NCBI GenBank assembly: GCA_964355275.1
Contig: CAYHCB010000003.1
Span: 7,052 to 71,051, forward strand
DNA length: 64,000 nt
Direction: 5' to 3'
DNA from: an uncultured Gammaproteobacteria bacterium
Lineage (GTDB): Bacteria; Patescibacteriota; Patescibacteriia; Patescibacteriales; UBA12465
Every line of letters begins with the position of its first letter. The first letter of the stretch is position 1. Of the stretch, positions 34,672 through 44,317 are shown piece after piece. The notes under the pieces were generated by a model that saw only the letters and a list, made by a program, of their open reading frames with translations, was not told the origin of the DNA and did no database searches. The translations under genes and the position numbers were made by a program.

Positions 34672-36433
34672 CTTGTTTAATAGTTTTAGATATTTTATAC
34701 AAAGCAAATCGGCCGCCAGTTTTTTCTACTAAATCCATACGCATATTATATTTAGCTAAACGGCCGTTGTTTAAATAAACCACTGCCTCTGGAGTATACA
34801 TAAAATTAAAATAATAGACGGGATAATGCTTTAAAAGTTTATCAACGTAAGGATAATACTGATCTTCATTCATCTTACCCATTATCACCCGTCTTTCAGG
34901 AAATAAAACTTTATCATGATATTGAGTCATAATAATTGCCTCTGGTGGCGTAGCGGCAAGCACTATTTCGCCAATCCTTTTATCTTCTCGGGTATTATAA
35001 TACAAATTAATAAGCCCCTCTTCAGAACCAAACATTAAAAAATCAAGGGAGGTGATAGTAATTAAAAATACCACTATCACGGCACCACCAGAAACTAAAG
35101 CTTTATGAACGATACGTTTTCTAAAAACAAAAAATATTGCTTTAAGTCCTAATTCAATAGCTAGCGCGGCCAACGGAATGGCCATTAAATACATCGGCAA
35201 CCAATATCTAGTATAAGAATTGCCAATTGTATAGCTAGCCGCATTAGGATTATCAGTGAACCGCCAAGAACCATAATAAAGAACTAGAATAACCGATAAA
35301 GTTACCCAAATCAAAAAGTAAGTTAAATATTTTTTTCGTGGTTTAGAAAAATTTAAAACAGTCAGTCCAAGTAGGCCAAAACCAGACAAAACAGTCAGCC
35401 AAGGAAACATTTCAACAACATAGTGCTGGAACATTTCTCGGGACTGGCCGACATGGAAGCCGAAGAAAAAAACATTTTTAAAAATACGTGTAAATATTTC
35501 CTGATAAGCCGAAGTCTGAGCAGCAATAGTATTTTTAACTAAATCAGAACCCGCTAAAGATATATCAGCAAGCGATCTGTTCATCTCCCCGTAACCACCA
35601 TAAAAAGGAGATTCATATAAAATTTGGTTAAAATAAAGCGCCGGTAATAATCCAAGTCCAATGCCGCCCGCAAAAATAACCAGACGAGAAAAGCCTAAAC
35701 GACCACCATAAAATAAAATTAGTAATCCTAAAATTGGTCCTAACCATAATAATTCGGAAGCTCGAGTAATTATTGCAAGTCCAATAAAGAAACCGCTTAA
35801 AAACGTAAAAAGCCAGCCCCATAAAACATTTCTTGGAAGACGCCAATTAATTATTTTTGGTTTAATCAAATAAGAATAAGTTTTATCAAGTGCTAGTACT
35901 AAAAAATAAAAACCAATTATCAGTAAAACCAAAAATAAAACATTATGGAACATACTCCGCACCGAGTAATATAAATAAACTGGAAAAACAGCCAAAAGAG
36001 CGGCCGACATTAAAGCAATTTTAGAATTAAAAAGTCTTTTAATTAAAAGATAGAAAAAAATAATCCCTAAAGAACCAAAAAATGGCGTCAGATAAGGAAT
36101 AATAAGAGGAGAAATGAGCGATCCAAACTCTCCGTAAATTAAAATTATACCCAAAAAACTAACTGGTTTAATCCAGCCAAAGTCACTTTTTAAACTTCTC
36201 GGAGAAACTAAGTCATTAGCAATAATATTAGCGGGTTCAAATTTAGACAGGCCACCACCAGTGGCATAACTTTTGGCAAAATAGTAATTAGCCGTTTCAT
36301 CGGGTGAGTTCCACTTTACTAAGCCATCTTTTTGAGTTATAAAATTATAATAAGAAGCGCCCACAAAAAAAACTAAAGCAATAAAAATTGCCGCAATAAG
36401 ACCGGGGTTAAACTTAAAAAAATTCCTATTCAT
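34661..36433 (-). CDS. GT-C fold membrane glycosyltransferase (ArnT/PMT, GT39-like)
   Basis: About 590 aa with at least 10 TM segments. The first extracytoplasmic loop has WNSPDETANYYFA, a DE motif typical of PMT_2/ArnT-like GT-C enzymes. A C-terminal soluble domain follows. The start could be 36433 (MNRNFFKF) or 36469. Confidence 0.6.
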   Translation of the reverse strand: MNRNFFKFNPGLIAAIFIALVFFVGASYYNFITQKDGLVKWNSPDETANYYFAKSYATGGGLSKFEPANIIANDLVSPRSLKSDFGWIKPVSFLGIILIYGEFGSLISPLIIPYLTPFFGSLGIIFFYLLIKRLFNSKIALMSAALLAVFPVYLYYSVRSMFHNVLFLVLLIIGFYFLVLALDKTYSYLIKPKIINWRLPRNVLWGWLFTFLSGFFIGLAIITRASELLWLGPILGLLILFYGGRLGFSRLVIFAGGIGLGLLPALYFNQILYESPFYGGYGEMNRSLADISLAGSDLVKNTIAAQTSAYQEIFTRIFKNVFFFGFHVGQSREMFQHYVVEMFPWLTVLSGFGLLGLTVLNFSKPRKKYLTYFLIWVTLSVILVLYYGSWRFTDNPNAASYTIGNSYTRYWLPMYLMAIPLAALAIELGLKAIFFVFRKRIVHKALVSGGAVIVVFLITITSLDFLMFGSEEGLINLYYNTREDKRIGEIVLAATPPEAIIMTQYHDKVLFPERRVIMGKMNEDQYYPYVDKLLKHYPVYYFNFMYTPEAVVYLNNGRLAKYNMRMDLVEKTGGRFALYKISKTIKQDDE

Positions 36434-36523
36434 AATACTAATAGTATAAAAAAATACCAATTTTAGCAAGAATTTGCTATATTTAAAATATCACCCAAAA
36501 TCAAAGAAAAAAATGACTAGATT

Positions 36524-38443
36524 ATGAAAAAAATATTGCTAAAATTAGAGGAAAATATACTTATAGCCTTAAGTCTGATCATGATTTGGGGCGCCTTTAT
36601 TTATTACATATACAATTTATCTTGGTCGGGCATCATCTTAACTTTAATTTTAAGTAGTTTATCATTTTATTTAAGAGATAGATTTTTACAAAAAAAAATA
36701 GAAGAAACAGAGATAATAGATATAATCCCTCAAAAAAGCTGGCTTCATATTTGGTGGCCAATTTTTATTTATCTTTTTTTTATTTCTATTTCTTTTTTAA
36801 TATTAAGTAAAAATTCTAGCTCAGACGCTCTTTTGTCACCCTGGTCTGTAGTGCCTTATAGTTTTTTTTACTTTTATTTTACAGCCACAGCTTGGTTATT
36901 TTATGTTTTAAGTAGACAACTTAAACCAAATTACAAACTCTGGCTACTCAGATTACACTATTTTCTAGCTTTTTCTGTAGTTATTATAGTTTACAAAATT
37001 GGTTATGGTTTTGATCCTTTTATTCATCAAGCAACCATGGAACTAATTGATAAACAAAGTTATGTTCTCCCAAAACCTTTATATTATTTAGGAGAATATT
37101 CTTTAATAGTTATTTTTCATAAAATTAGTGGCATCTCAATCTACTTATTAAACAAAATAATTGTCCCTTTACTAGCGTCTCTCTTGTTACCGGGGGCAAT
37201 CTTCTCTTTCCTTAAAAATAATGGTTCACCTAAACGAGCGGCTATAACTACTTTAGTTTTGCTAGCCTTACCCATTAACCTTTTTATACTCAGTACGCCA
37301 CAAAATTTAACCTATCTTTGGCTCACCTTACTTATACTTTATTCCTTTACAAGCCACTTAACTTTCTTGCCAGCGATTTTAGCGGCGGCCGCTCTATCAC
37401 TACACCCCCTAGGTGGAATACCAGCTTTATTTTTTATAGCTTGGGTTAGTATCTTAAAAAGAAAAGCTAAATTAAAAATTATTTGGTGGCGGACGCTTAA
37501 TATTATTCTGTGGCTACTAATGGCCCTGTCCTTACCTCTTTCTTTTACATTAATTACTAAACAATCCTGGCATGATTTATCATTTTCCGCCCAAGAACTT
37601 TTAGCCATACTTAAAACTAGTGCTACAAATACTAATTTAGGTGATTTCGTTCTTAACTTTAATTATTTTCTGGCCAACAATTGGTTATTTATATTTATTT
37701 TAATTACGACTAGCGGCTTTATTATTTGGTTTAAAAAAAATCATGACGAAGCCTCTTTGCTTATAAAAATATTTAGTGCCCTTTTAATTGGTTTTGCGCT
37801 TAGCGCTTCACTTAAATTTACTTTTTTAATCGATTACGAGCGCAGTAATTATATTTCTCGTTTACCCGTGTTAATGGGTCTGTTTGTTTTACCGGCTTTA
37901 ATTTTAGCCGTAGATTATTTACTTTCTAAAATATGGCGAGCAACAAAAAATGAAATCATCAGTGCTTGGCTTATTATTACAATTTTAATAACGGCCTCTC
38001 TATATTTATCTTACCCTCGTCTTGATGCCTATATAAACTCCCGTGGTTATAGCGTATCAGCCGCCGATATTTTAGCAGTTCGCTCGATTGATAAACAAAC
38101 TAATAAACCTTACTTAGTGCTCGCTAATCAACAAACTAGTGTCGCCTCTTTAAAAGAATTAGGTTTTAACCATTATTTTGAAACAGCTTCTGGTCCAATA
38201 TTCTTTTACCCAATTCCTACTGGCGGTCAGCTTTATAGTTATTATTTAGAGATGGTAAACAAAAACCCCGATCGTAAAACTATGGTAGCGGCCATGGATT
38301 TAGTCGGAGTTAACGAATCTTATTTTGTGATAAGTAAATATTGGTGGCTTAGCAGCAGATTAATTGCCGAAGCAAAAATTAATGCCAACTCTTTTTGGGA
38401 AGTAAGTAATGGTGATATTTATATTTTTAAATTTAATCGCTAA
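36524..38443 (+). CDS. Polytopic membrane protein with C-terminal soluble domain (possible second GT-C-like enzyme)
   Basis: 639 aa with about 14 hydrophobic segments, then a tail of about 150 aa. Transcribed divergently from the GT39-like gene. No catalytic motif recognised. Confidence 0.5.
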   Translation: MKKILLKLEENILIALSLIMIWGAFIYYIYNLSWSGIILTLILSSLSFYLRDRFLQKKIEETEIIDIIPQKSWLHIWWPIFIYLFFISISFLILSKNSSSDALLSPWSVVPYSFFYFYFTATAWLFYVLSRQLKPNYKLWLLRLHYFLAFSVVIIVYKIGYGFDPFIHQATMELIDKQSYVLPKPLYYLGEYSLIVIFHKISGISIYLLNKIIVPLLASLLLPGAIFSFLKNNGSPKRAAITTLVLLALPINLFILSTPQNLTYLWLTLLILYSFTSHLTFLPAILAAAALSLHPLGGIPALFFIAWVSILKRKAKLKIIWWRTLNIILWLLMALSLPLSFTLITKQSWHDLSFSAQELLAILKTSATNTNLGDFVLNFNYFLANNWLFIFILITTSGFIIWFKKNHDEASLLIKIFSALLIGFALSASLKFTFLIDYERSNYISRLPVLMGLFVLPALILAVDYLLSKIWRATKNEIISAWLIITILITASLYLSYPRLDAYINSRGYSVSAADILAVRSIDKQTNKPYLVLANQQTSVASLKELGFNHYFETASGPIFFYPIPTGGQLYSYYLEMVNKNPDRKTMVAAMDLVGVNESYFVISKYWWLSSRLIAEAKINANSFWEVSNGDIYIFKFNR

Positions 38444-40776
38444 CGCCCCTCTTTATAAGAAAAAATTGGACCGACAGCAATATACTTTCCCTCACCAGAT
38501 TCATAAACTAGTGTTATTAATTTTATACTTAATTCTTCGCGTAAATTACCGTCTCCAGATTTTAAGTAAAGTTGATTAACGGGCGCCTGTTTAATCTCAT
38601 ACTGTTTCGCAAAAGAATTAATAAAACTTTGATTATCAGAATTAAACGCTTCTCCGTTTAATTCTTTTTTTATTAATTCTAAAAATTGTTGAAGCTTACT
38701 ATTTTCATCCTTAAGAGCGATCGCCACGGAGCTTACTTTTTTATTAATCCCCATAACATCAAGCATACCATACATCATTTCATTGTCAGCAATTAATTTT
38801 TGTACTAAAGCATAGTTTGGTTCGATATAAAAATTATCATTAAAAAAAACTTCATTAGAGAGACCCTTCTTAACAGGCGCACTGGCAGGAATTAATTGCT
38901 CGAGGGGTAATTGTAAATCCACCCAAGCAGAGCCAGCGGTATCGACTAAACGTTCACGCCAGAGCTCTGTTCTAAAATAAGCTTGTGATTGATCATTATT
39001 ACTATTAAAAATCATTTTAATAGTACCTAACATAGACCAAAAATTATTATTATGCCAAATAGAAGCATTTTTTAACTCATTTTTTAAAGCTAAAAAGTGC
39101 TCTGGGTAAGCAGTAAAACTCGTATTTTCCTGCCAATAACTACTGCTAGCTAGTTTATCTGTTACTAAGCCAACAATATCTAAACTAAAGCCACCACAAC
39201 GATTAGTGCTTTGTTTACAGATTGTATAATTATTAAAAGTTACTTTTTGGCCATTATATTTACCAATAGCAGCGCCTGATAAACGATTAAAAATATATTC
39301 ATTAGGAAAATAGTAATCGGATAAAAGTTTAAACCCTAAATCAGTTTTATCTTTATTTTTATCTAAACCACCTTGGAAAGAATTAAACTCTAAGGCGAGT
39401 AAGGCTGACCTTAATTTATCCATATTTTTACTAGAATCAGGATTACTTTCTACAAAAATAAGTTCGGGGTCATATTCGTTACCAAATAAAGCCTTCATTG
39501 TTTCATCGTAGTTGCGGTAATTTAAATCTTCACGCAAACCTTTAGAGTAAGAAACTAATTTATAAACCAAGGCCCAACGATTTTTTAAATCCTGATCGCT
39601 AGAAAAATCTTTAGTAATAAAACTAGAAGCAATTAAACTTAAACGGGCATCCTCTTTATCAAGTAGACAAGTAGGACAAACTTTATCTTTTATAACTAAA
39701 GGAAACACCGAATTAAGCCACTTGCTTGCTAAATAAAAATTATAAAGTTTTTCATTACTACGATATTCAGTTGGTACCACAAAATCTACATAATTTTGTT
39801 GATATAAAAGAACTGGAGACTTTTTAATTCCGCGAGCGGCTTTAATTAAATTAATTTCTTCTCCAGCATCACTTTGTAAATATGGTAAAAGTGTAAATGA
39901 AAGATTAGAAGCTTCACTAACGGAAAACTTCTTTACGTCTTTTCCGCTAACATCAATTTGCGTAATACTTGGTTCAAGTAATTTTAAAGCAACAGCAAAA
40001 TAGGCCATCGCCAACCTTTCGCCTTCTAAAATAGAATCATTAACCTTTCCAATTTTAGCTAAACGAGCCTCATAGCGACTCTTTGAAGATTCATACAAAG
40101 ATTTAGAAATACGCCACAAGTTATCGTAGAAAATATTTTCTTCGATATCTTTAAAAGCTTGTTTAATAACATTTTGATGATAGTGCATTAAAAAATCAGA
40201 AGTAATAAGCAGCGGCACCTCTTTATTTGATAACCAAGAGTAGGCACTATAAAAATCTTTTATATCTTTTTCCGAAGGATTATTCAAAATTGCAAAACCA
40301 TTAGTATTTAAACTACTGATACTGCTATCTAAACTCAATTTACGAGAGACATCGTAATAATTTAACACATCAATTTTTACATTAAGCGGTAAAGCATAAT
40401 CTTTAAAATTAAATTCTGGAATCGGTGCTGGCTCAGTAAAAAAATCATTAAAACTATATTTTTCTAATTCCGCAGCAGCCGTAGAGGTAGCCATATCATC
40501 AGTACTAGTACTTATATCTGTTGGCAAAACACCAACCGTAGTAGTAACAGTTTGTTCAGTTCCCGTTGCTGGTGCTGGAATTACAATTTTTTCGGGACGC
40601 TTTAAAAAGTTAAAAATTAACCAAGTTACTAACAGAATAATAAACAATAAAATAATACCAAAAACAACTAATACTTTTTTATTAGCTAAAAGTAATTTTA
40701 CCCCACCACTTTCAATAGGTTCTTCGTTTATGGGACTAGCTTCAGTTTGGTTAGTTGGCTCAATTTGATTAAACAT
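38440..40776 (-). CDS. Large N-terminally anchored extracytoplasmic protein (DUF3160-like, tentative)
   Basis: 778 aa with one TM helix (VVFGIILLFIILLVTWLIFNF), a Thr-rich linker and then a large alpha-rich domain. LLITSDFLMHYHQNVIKQAF resembles what I recall of DUF3160. Its stop overlaps the convergent gene by 4 nt. Confidence 0.5.
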   Translation of the reverse strand: MFNQIEPTNQTEASPINEEPIESGGVKLLLANKKVLVVFGIILLFIILLVTWLIFNFLKRPEKIVIPAPATGTEQTVTTTVGVLPTDISTSTDDMATSTAAAELEKYSFNDFFTEPAPIPEFNFKDYALPLNVKIDVLNYYDVSRKLSLDSSISSLNTNGFAILNNPSEKDIKDFYSAYSWLSNKEVPLLITSDFLMHYHQNVIKQAFKDIEENIFYDNLWRISKSLYESSKSRYEARLAKIGKVNDSILEGERLAMAYFAVALKLLEPSITQIDVSGKDVKKFSVSEASNLSFTLLPYLQSDAGEEINLIKAARGIKKSPVLLYQQNYVDFVVPTEYRSNEKLYNFYLASKWLNSVFPLVIKDKVCPTCLLDKEDARLSLIASSFITKDFSSDQDLKNRWALVYKLVSYSKGLREDLNYRNYDETMKALFGNEYDPELIFVESNPDSSKNMDKLRSALLALEFNSFQGGLDKNKDKTDLGFKLLSDYYFPNEYIFNRLSGAAIGKYNGQKVTFNNYTICKQSTNRCGGFSLDIVGLVTDKLASSSYWQENTSFTAYPEHFLALKNELKNASIWHNNNFWSMLGTIKMIFNSNNDQSQAYFRTELWRERLVDTAGSAWVDLQLPLEQLIPASAPVKKGLSNEVFFNDNFYIEPNYALVQKLIADNEMMYGMLDVMGINKKVSSVAIALKDENSKLQQFLELIKKELNGEAFNSDNQSFINSFAKQYEIKQAPVNQLYLKSGDGNLREELSIKLITLVYESGEGKYIAVGPIFSYKEGR

Positions 40777-40788
40777 AGACTGGTTAAA

Positions 40789-41658
40789 TTATTTACCAAT
40801 ATATTTATTTTTATTTTTTAAATGCTCATCATAAGTAACTGAATAAATTATTTCCTGGCTACCAGATGGAGTTAAAAAATAATTAAAGTTAGACGGCGTC
40901 GGGTAAATAGCAGCTTCAATAGCTAAAATTCCTGGATTAGCAATTGGTCCTGGTGGTAAACCGGGGTTAAGATAAGTATTGTAAGGAGAGTCAACTTTAG
41001 TATCAGCCTCACTATACTGAGCCTTATCAACCCCTAAAACATAAGCTAAGGTAGCGCATGACTGAAGAGCTTGACCGGATTTAATTCTATCCCAAAAAAT
41101 TCCCGAAATTATCTTAGCATCACGATTATCAGACTTAACATAAGATATCGGCGCTTCTTTTTCGATTATAGAAGCCATGGTAATTACCTCATCTATTGTT
41201 TTTCCTTGAGCAGCAATATCAGTTCTCATCTGAGGAGTAAATTTTTTATCAAAATTAGTTAGCATTTTATCAATTACTTCAGAAACAGTGCTAGAAGCAA
41301 AGACACGATAGGTATCAGGGTATAAATATCCCTCTAAATCAGTACTTTTGGGTTTATCTTGCAAAAAATAAAATTGCTCAGTATTATAATTTTTTTGGGC
41401 TAAAGAAAACTCAGCCTCGGTGGTTAAATTATTTTTTATAAGTAAATTTAAAATATCTCGATTACGCCACCCTTCAATAATACGCAAAGTTTTTTCTTCT
41501 TTTAAAACAAGGGGTGCCGCTTCTTTTTGCTTACCTAAAATACGATCGAATAAATTATTAACCCTATTATCCGTACTAAAAATAGACCTAATAGTAAAAA
41601 ATATAATTACTACAATTAATACTATAGCTAACAAGCAAAATTTTAAACTTTTTAACAT
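40789..41658 (-). CDS. mltG: Endolytic murein transglycosylase MltG (YceG-like)
   Basis: 289 aa. N-terminal TM helix, then LEGYLYPDTY, ASIIEKEA and the C-terminal SPYNTYLNPGLPPGPIANPG motif. Confidence 0.9.
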   Translation of the reverse strand: MLKSLKFCLLAIVLIVVIIFFTIRSIFSTDNRVNNLFDRILGKQKEAAPLVLKEEKTLRIIEGWRNRDILNLLIKNNLTTEAEFSLAQKNYNTEQFYFLQDKPKSTDLEGYLYPDTYRVFASSTVSEVIDKMLTNFDKKFTPQMRTDIAAQGKTIDEVITMASIIEKEAPISYVKSDNRDAKIISGIFWDRIKSGQALQSCATLAYVLGVDKAQYSEADTKVDSPYNTYLNPGLPPGPIANPGILAIEAAIYPTPSNFNYFLTPSGSQEIIYSVTYDEHLKNKNKYIGK

Positions 41659-41661
41659 AAA

Positions 41662-42132
41662 TTATTTCTTTGAAATTCGAGCATTCGCAACCGCGGCTTT
41701 TTTAATTAATTCCGAGCTAGCTCTAATTTTTTTCCCAAGTCCATCTACCATTTTAATCCCTAGTTTTTGACAAATTGGGTATTCTGGAACATCTCCAATA
41801 CTTTTTCTGTCACCACCATTAGCAAAAATATGAGGTTTTACCTTACTTAAAGATTTACAAACTGTCTTATCGCGATCAATTGAGATAAACACCTCGTCTA
41901 CATCACGCAAAGCAGAAGTAATCCTTATTCGATCAGCTAATGACATAAAAGGCACACTGCCCTTAAGTTTTACTTGATAATCATTATTTATAATGACAAC
42001 TAGTTTATCTCCTAAACTTTTGGCTTGCTCAATCATATCCAAATGACCAACATGAATTGGGTTAAAATAACCAGAAACAGCCACCACAATTATTTCTTTC
42101 TTTTTTATAGTAAGCGGTTTTTTAGTTTTCAT
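41662..42132 (-). CDS. Cytidylyltransferase-like nucleotidyltransferase (TagD / RfaE domain II family)
   Basis: 156 aa. HxGH motif SGYFNPIHVGHLDMIEQAK and a later FANGGDR. Substrate unknown. Confidence 0.7.
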   Translation of the reverse strand: MKTKKPLTIKKKEIIVVAVSGYFNPIHVGHLDMIEQAKSLGDKLVVIINNDYQVKLKGSVPFMSLADRIRITSALRDVDEVFISIDRDKTVCKSLSKVKPHIFANGGDRKSIGDVPEYPICQKLGIKMVDGLGKKIRASSELIKKAAVANARISKK

Positions 42133-42245
42133 AATAAAAAAATTAGAGATTAACTTATATTTATTATAACAAAAAATGACGCTAACTTGAAGCTTGTTTA
42201 TTTATTTCGTAAACTAAGTTAAAATAAGACAGTAATTATAATTAT

Positions 42246-43031
42246 ATGACAATTATCCAAAGTTTTATTATGGGCGTAATTGAAGGTCTGACAGAATTTT
42301 TACCGATTTCCTCAACCGCTCATTTGATATTTACCGCCGAAATTTTAAAAATTCCGAACTCGGAATTCTTAAAAAGCTTTGAAATATCCATTCAATTGGG
42401 GGCGATACTATCAGTTATAATTTTATACTGGCGCAGAGTTTGGAATAATTTAAATATTGTTGGTAAACTAGCTGCCGCCTTTATTCCTACTTCTATAATT
42501 GGTTTAATCTTTTATAAGTTGGTTAAAAATTATTTAATGGAGAATAACTTAATTATCGCTATTTCCCTAGTAATCGGTGGTATAATTATTATTATTTTTG
42601 AAAATTGGTATACCAAAAAAAACCTACCAGGGGATACTGGTAGCGATGATTTAAAAACAATTACTTATAAACAGGCGATAATTTTAGGCATCATCCAAGC
42701 GCTAGCAATCGTGCCGGGCGTATCTCGTGCTGGAGCCACAATAATTGGCGGCTTAGCTCAAGGTATAAGAAGAAAAACAATTGTAGAGTTCTCTTTCTTG
42801 CTAGCCATTCCTACAATGCTAGCGGCCACGGCTTTAGATATATACAAAAATCCTACTATATTTATTGGCGATCAATTAACTATTTGGTTGATTGGGTTTA
42901 TTACCTCTTTTATAACCGCAATTATTGGAGTTAAGTTCTTAATCAAATACGTACAAAAAAATAATTTTAAACTTTTTGGTTGGTATAGAATTATTTTAGG
43001 TTTAATCGTATTAACAATAATTTTACTATAA
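42246..43031 (+). CDS. uppP: Undecaprenyl-diphosphate phosphatase
   Basis: 261 aa, polytopic. Contains GVIEGLTEFLPISSTAHL and PGVSRAGATI, the BacA/UppP signatures. Confidence 0.95.
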   Translation: MTIIQSFIMGVIEGLTEFLPISSTAHLIFTAEILKIPNSEFLKSFEISIQLGAILSVIILYWRRVWNNLNIVGKLAAAFIPTSIIGLIFYKLVKNYLMENNLIIAISLVIGGIIIIIFENWYTKKNLPGDTGSDDLKTITYKQAIILGIIQALAIVPGVSRAGATIIGGLAQGIRRKTIVEFSFLLAIPTMLAATALDIYKNPTIFIGDQLTIWLIGFITSFITAIIGVKFLIKYVQKNNFKLFGWYRIILGLIVLTIILL

Positions 43032-43079
43032 AAAAATATTAGCCCACTTAAAAGCCGCCAATAAAACTGGGGCTTTTAT

Positions 43080-43931
43080 TTATATTCTAAAGAAATTTTT
43101 AGCAGTATTAGTGGTTATTTCGGCTACCCGCTCTAACTTTAAATTTTTAATTTTAGCGATTCGTTCAGCAACATATTGGACTAAAACTGGCTCATTACGA
43201 TGACCTCTATACGGTTCGGGGGTCATATAAGGTGAGTCCGTTTCGATCATGATTTTTTCAATTGGAACCTTCCTAATTAAATCATCCCAAGTTTGGCTAA
43301 AAGTAATTAAACCAGTAAAAGAAATAAGCAGGCCTAAAGAAAAATATTTCCAGGCTAAATCTTCGTCTCCAGAAAAACAATGAATAACCCCCCAAGGTTT
43401 ATCATTAGGAATCAAATTAGCATAAACTTTTTTGAAATCTTGGAGTACGGCTAAGAGATCGTCATGAGCTTGTCGACAATGAATTATCACCGGTAAATCA
43501 AGTTGTCTCGCTAAAAGTAGTTGTTGAACCATTACCTGTTGTTGTTTTTGTTTTATATCCCGAGCGTCTTTAGTTGGGTCAATATGATAATAATCGAGTC
43601 CAATCTCTCCAATTGCTACTACTTTTTCAAATTTAGCTAATTTTTCATAATTATCATAATAAAAATCTTCCGCCCTAGTTATAAAATTATAATTTCCATC
43701 ATCGTCATGATTTTCCGCGCGTAATTCCTCTAAATGAATCGGGTGCAAACCAACGGCAGCATAAACACCTTTCTGATATTTATTAGCATAATTTAAAGCT
43801 CTGGTAGAAGTTTTATACTCCGAGCCGACTAAAACCATCCAGGTATCATTATCTAGAGCGCGGCGAATAACCTCATCGGCATCATCTTTAAAGTCAGCAA
43901 AATTTATATGGGCATGAGTATCTATAAACAT
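43080..43931 (-). CDS. tatD: TatD-family metal-dependent hydrolase
   Basis: 283 aa. MFIDTHAHINF, AIGEIGLDYY, PVIIHCRQAHDD, GVIHCFSG, and ETDSPYMTP. Confidence 0.9.
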   Translation of the reverse strand: MFIDTHAHINFADFKDDADEVIRRALDNDTWMVLVGSEYKTSTRALNYANKYQKGVYAAVGLHPIHLEELRAENHDDDGNYNFITRAEDFYYDNYEKLAKFEKVVAIGEIGLDYYHIDPTKDARDIKQKQQQVMVQQLLLARQLDLPVIIHCRQAHDDLLAVLQDFKKVYANLIPNDKPWGVIHCFSGDEDLAWKYFSLGLLISFTGLITFSQTWDDLIRKVPIEKIMIETDSPYMTPEPYRGHRNEPVLVQYVAERIAKIKNLKLERVAEITTNTAKNFFRI

Positions 43932-43942
43932 AGATTAAACTT

Positions 43943-43969
43943 CAAAAAACACGCGCAGCGTGTTTTTTA
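43943..43969 (-). terminator. Hairpin plus U-tract immediately downstream of the Cys-rich sORF and 12 nt upstream of the tatD ATG
   Basis: The minus strand reads AAAAAACACGC-tgc-GCGTGTTTTTT, a GC-rich 6-bp stem extended by A:U pairs with a T6 tail. Confidence 0.6.
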
Positions 43970-43983
43970 ATTTTGACAAATTC

Positions 43984-44157
43984 TTAAGCTTGCGTTTCAT
44001 TTTCTTTCTTAACCTCTTGAGTGGTGGTAGTTGATTCCGGCTTGGCGGAAATTGTTTCATCGGTTTTTTTCTCCGAGCAGCAACAACCTTTTTCTTCACA
44101 ATTACACTTTTTACCAAATAAACCTTTTAACCAATTACACATTTTACAATTACACAT
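43984..44157 (-). CDS. Cys-rich small protein (57 aa), not in the ORF track; could alternatively be a non-coding leader or sRNA
   Basis: Hand translation from the ATG at 44157: MCNCKMCNWLKGLFGKKCNCEEKGCCCSEKKTDETISAKPESTTTTQEVKKENETQA, stop TAA at 43986..43984. Nine Cys fall in the first 27 residues. It is flanked by its own promoter (44190..44217) and hairpin/U-tract (43943..43969). Confidence 0.45.
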   Translation of the reverse strand: MCNCKMCNWLKGLFGKKCNCEEKGCCCSEKKTDETISAKPESTTTTQEVKKENETQA

Positions 44158-44189
44158 AAGTTACAATTTTTAATTATTACCTTTTTATT

Positions 44190-44217
44190 ATTGTATCATG
44201 CTAAGATATTATGTCAA
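44190..44217 (-). promoter_or_regulatory. Near-consensus extended -10 promoter (TTGACA-N16-TGaTACAAT)
   Basis: On the minus strand, TTGACA lies at 44217..44212 and TACAAT at 44195..44190, preceded by TGa. It is about 33 nt upstream of the sORF ATG and downstream of the terminator that closes the atp operon. Confidence 0.5.
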
Positions 44218-44269
44218 TTTATAAAAATCTAAAAAACCTTATTTTTTTAGCTTATAATAGCTAATATTA

Positions 44270-44298
44270 AAATAAAAGCTGCCACAACTGTGACAGCT
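44270..44298 (-). terminator. Rho-independent terminator closing the atp / beta-CA-like operon
   Basis: The minus strand reads AGCTGTCAC-agtt-GTGGCAGCT, a 9-bp stem with one G:U pair, followed by TTTTATTTT. It lies about 20 nt after the stop at 44318. Confidence 0.6.
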
Positions 44299-44317
44299 CT
44301 TTAGGAATTATTATGCC

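Noticed and set aside
43935-44117. 60-aa Lys/Arg-rich minus-strand ORF listed in the track upstream of tatD
   Set aside because: It starts 40 nt inside the transcript and reads straight through the GC-rich hairpin/U-tract. Its poly-basic composition is what AAA/AAG-rich sequence gives out of frame. The overlapping Cys-rich frame (43984..44157) starts nearer the promoter and stops before the hairpin, but neither frame is proven.
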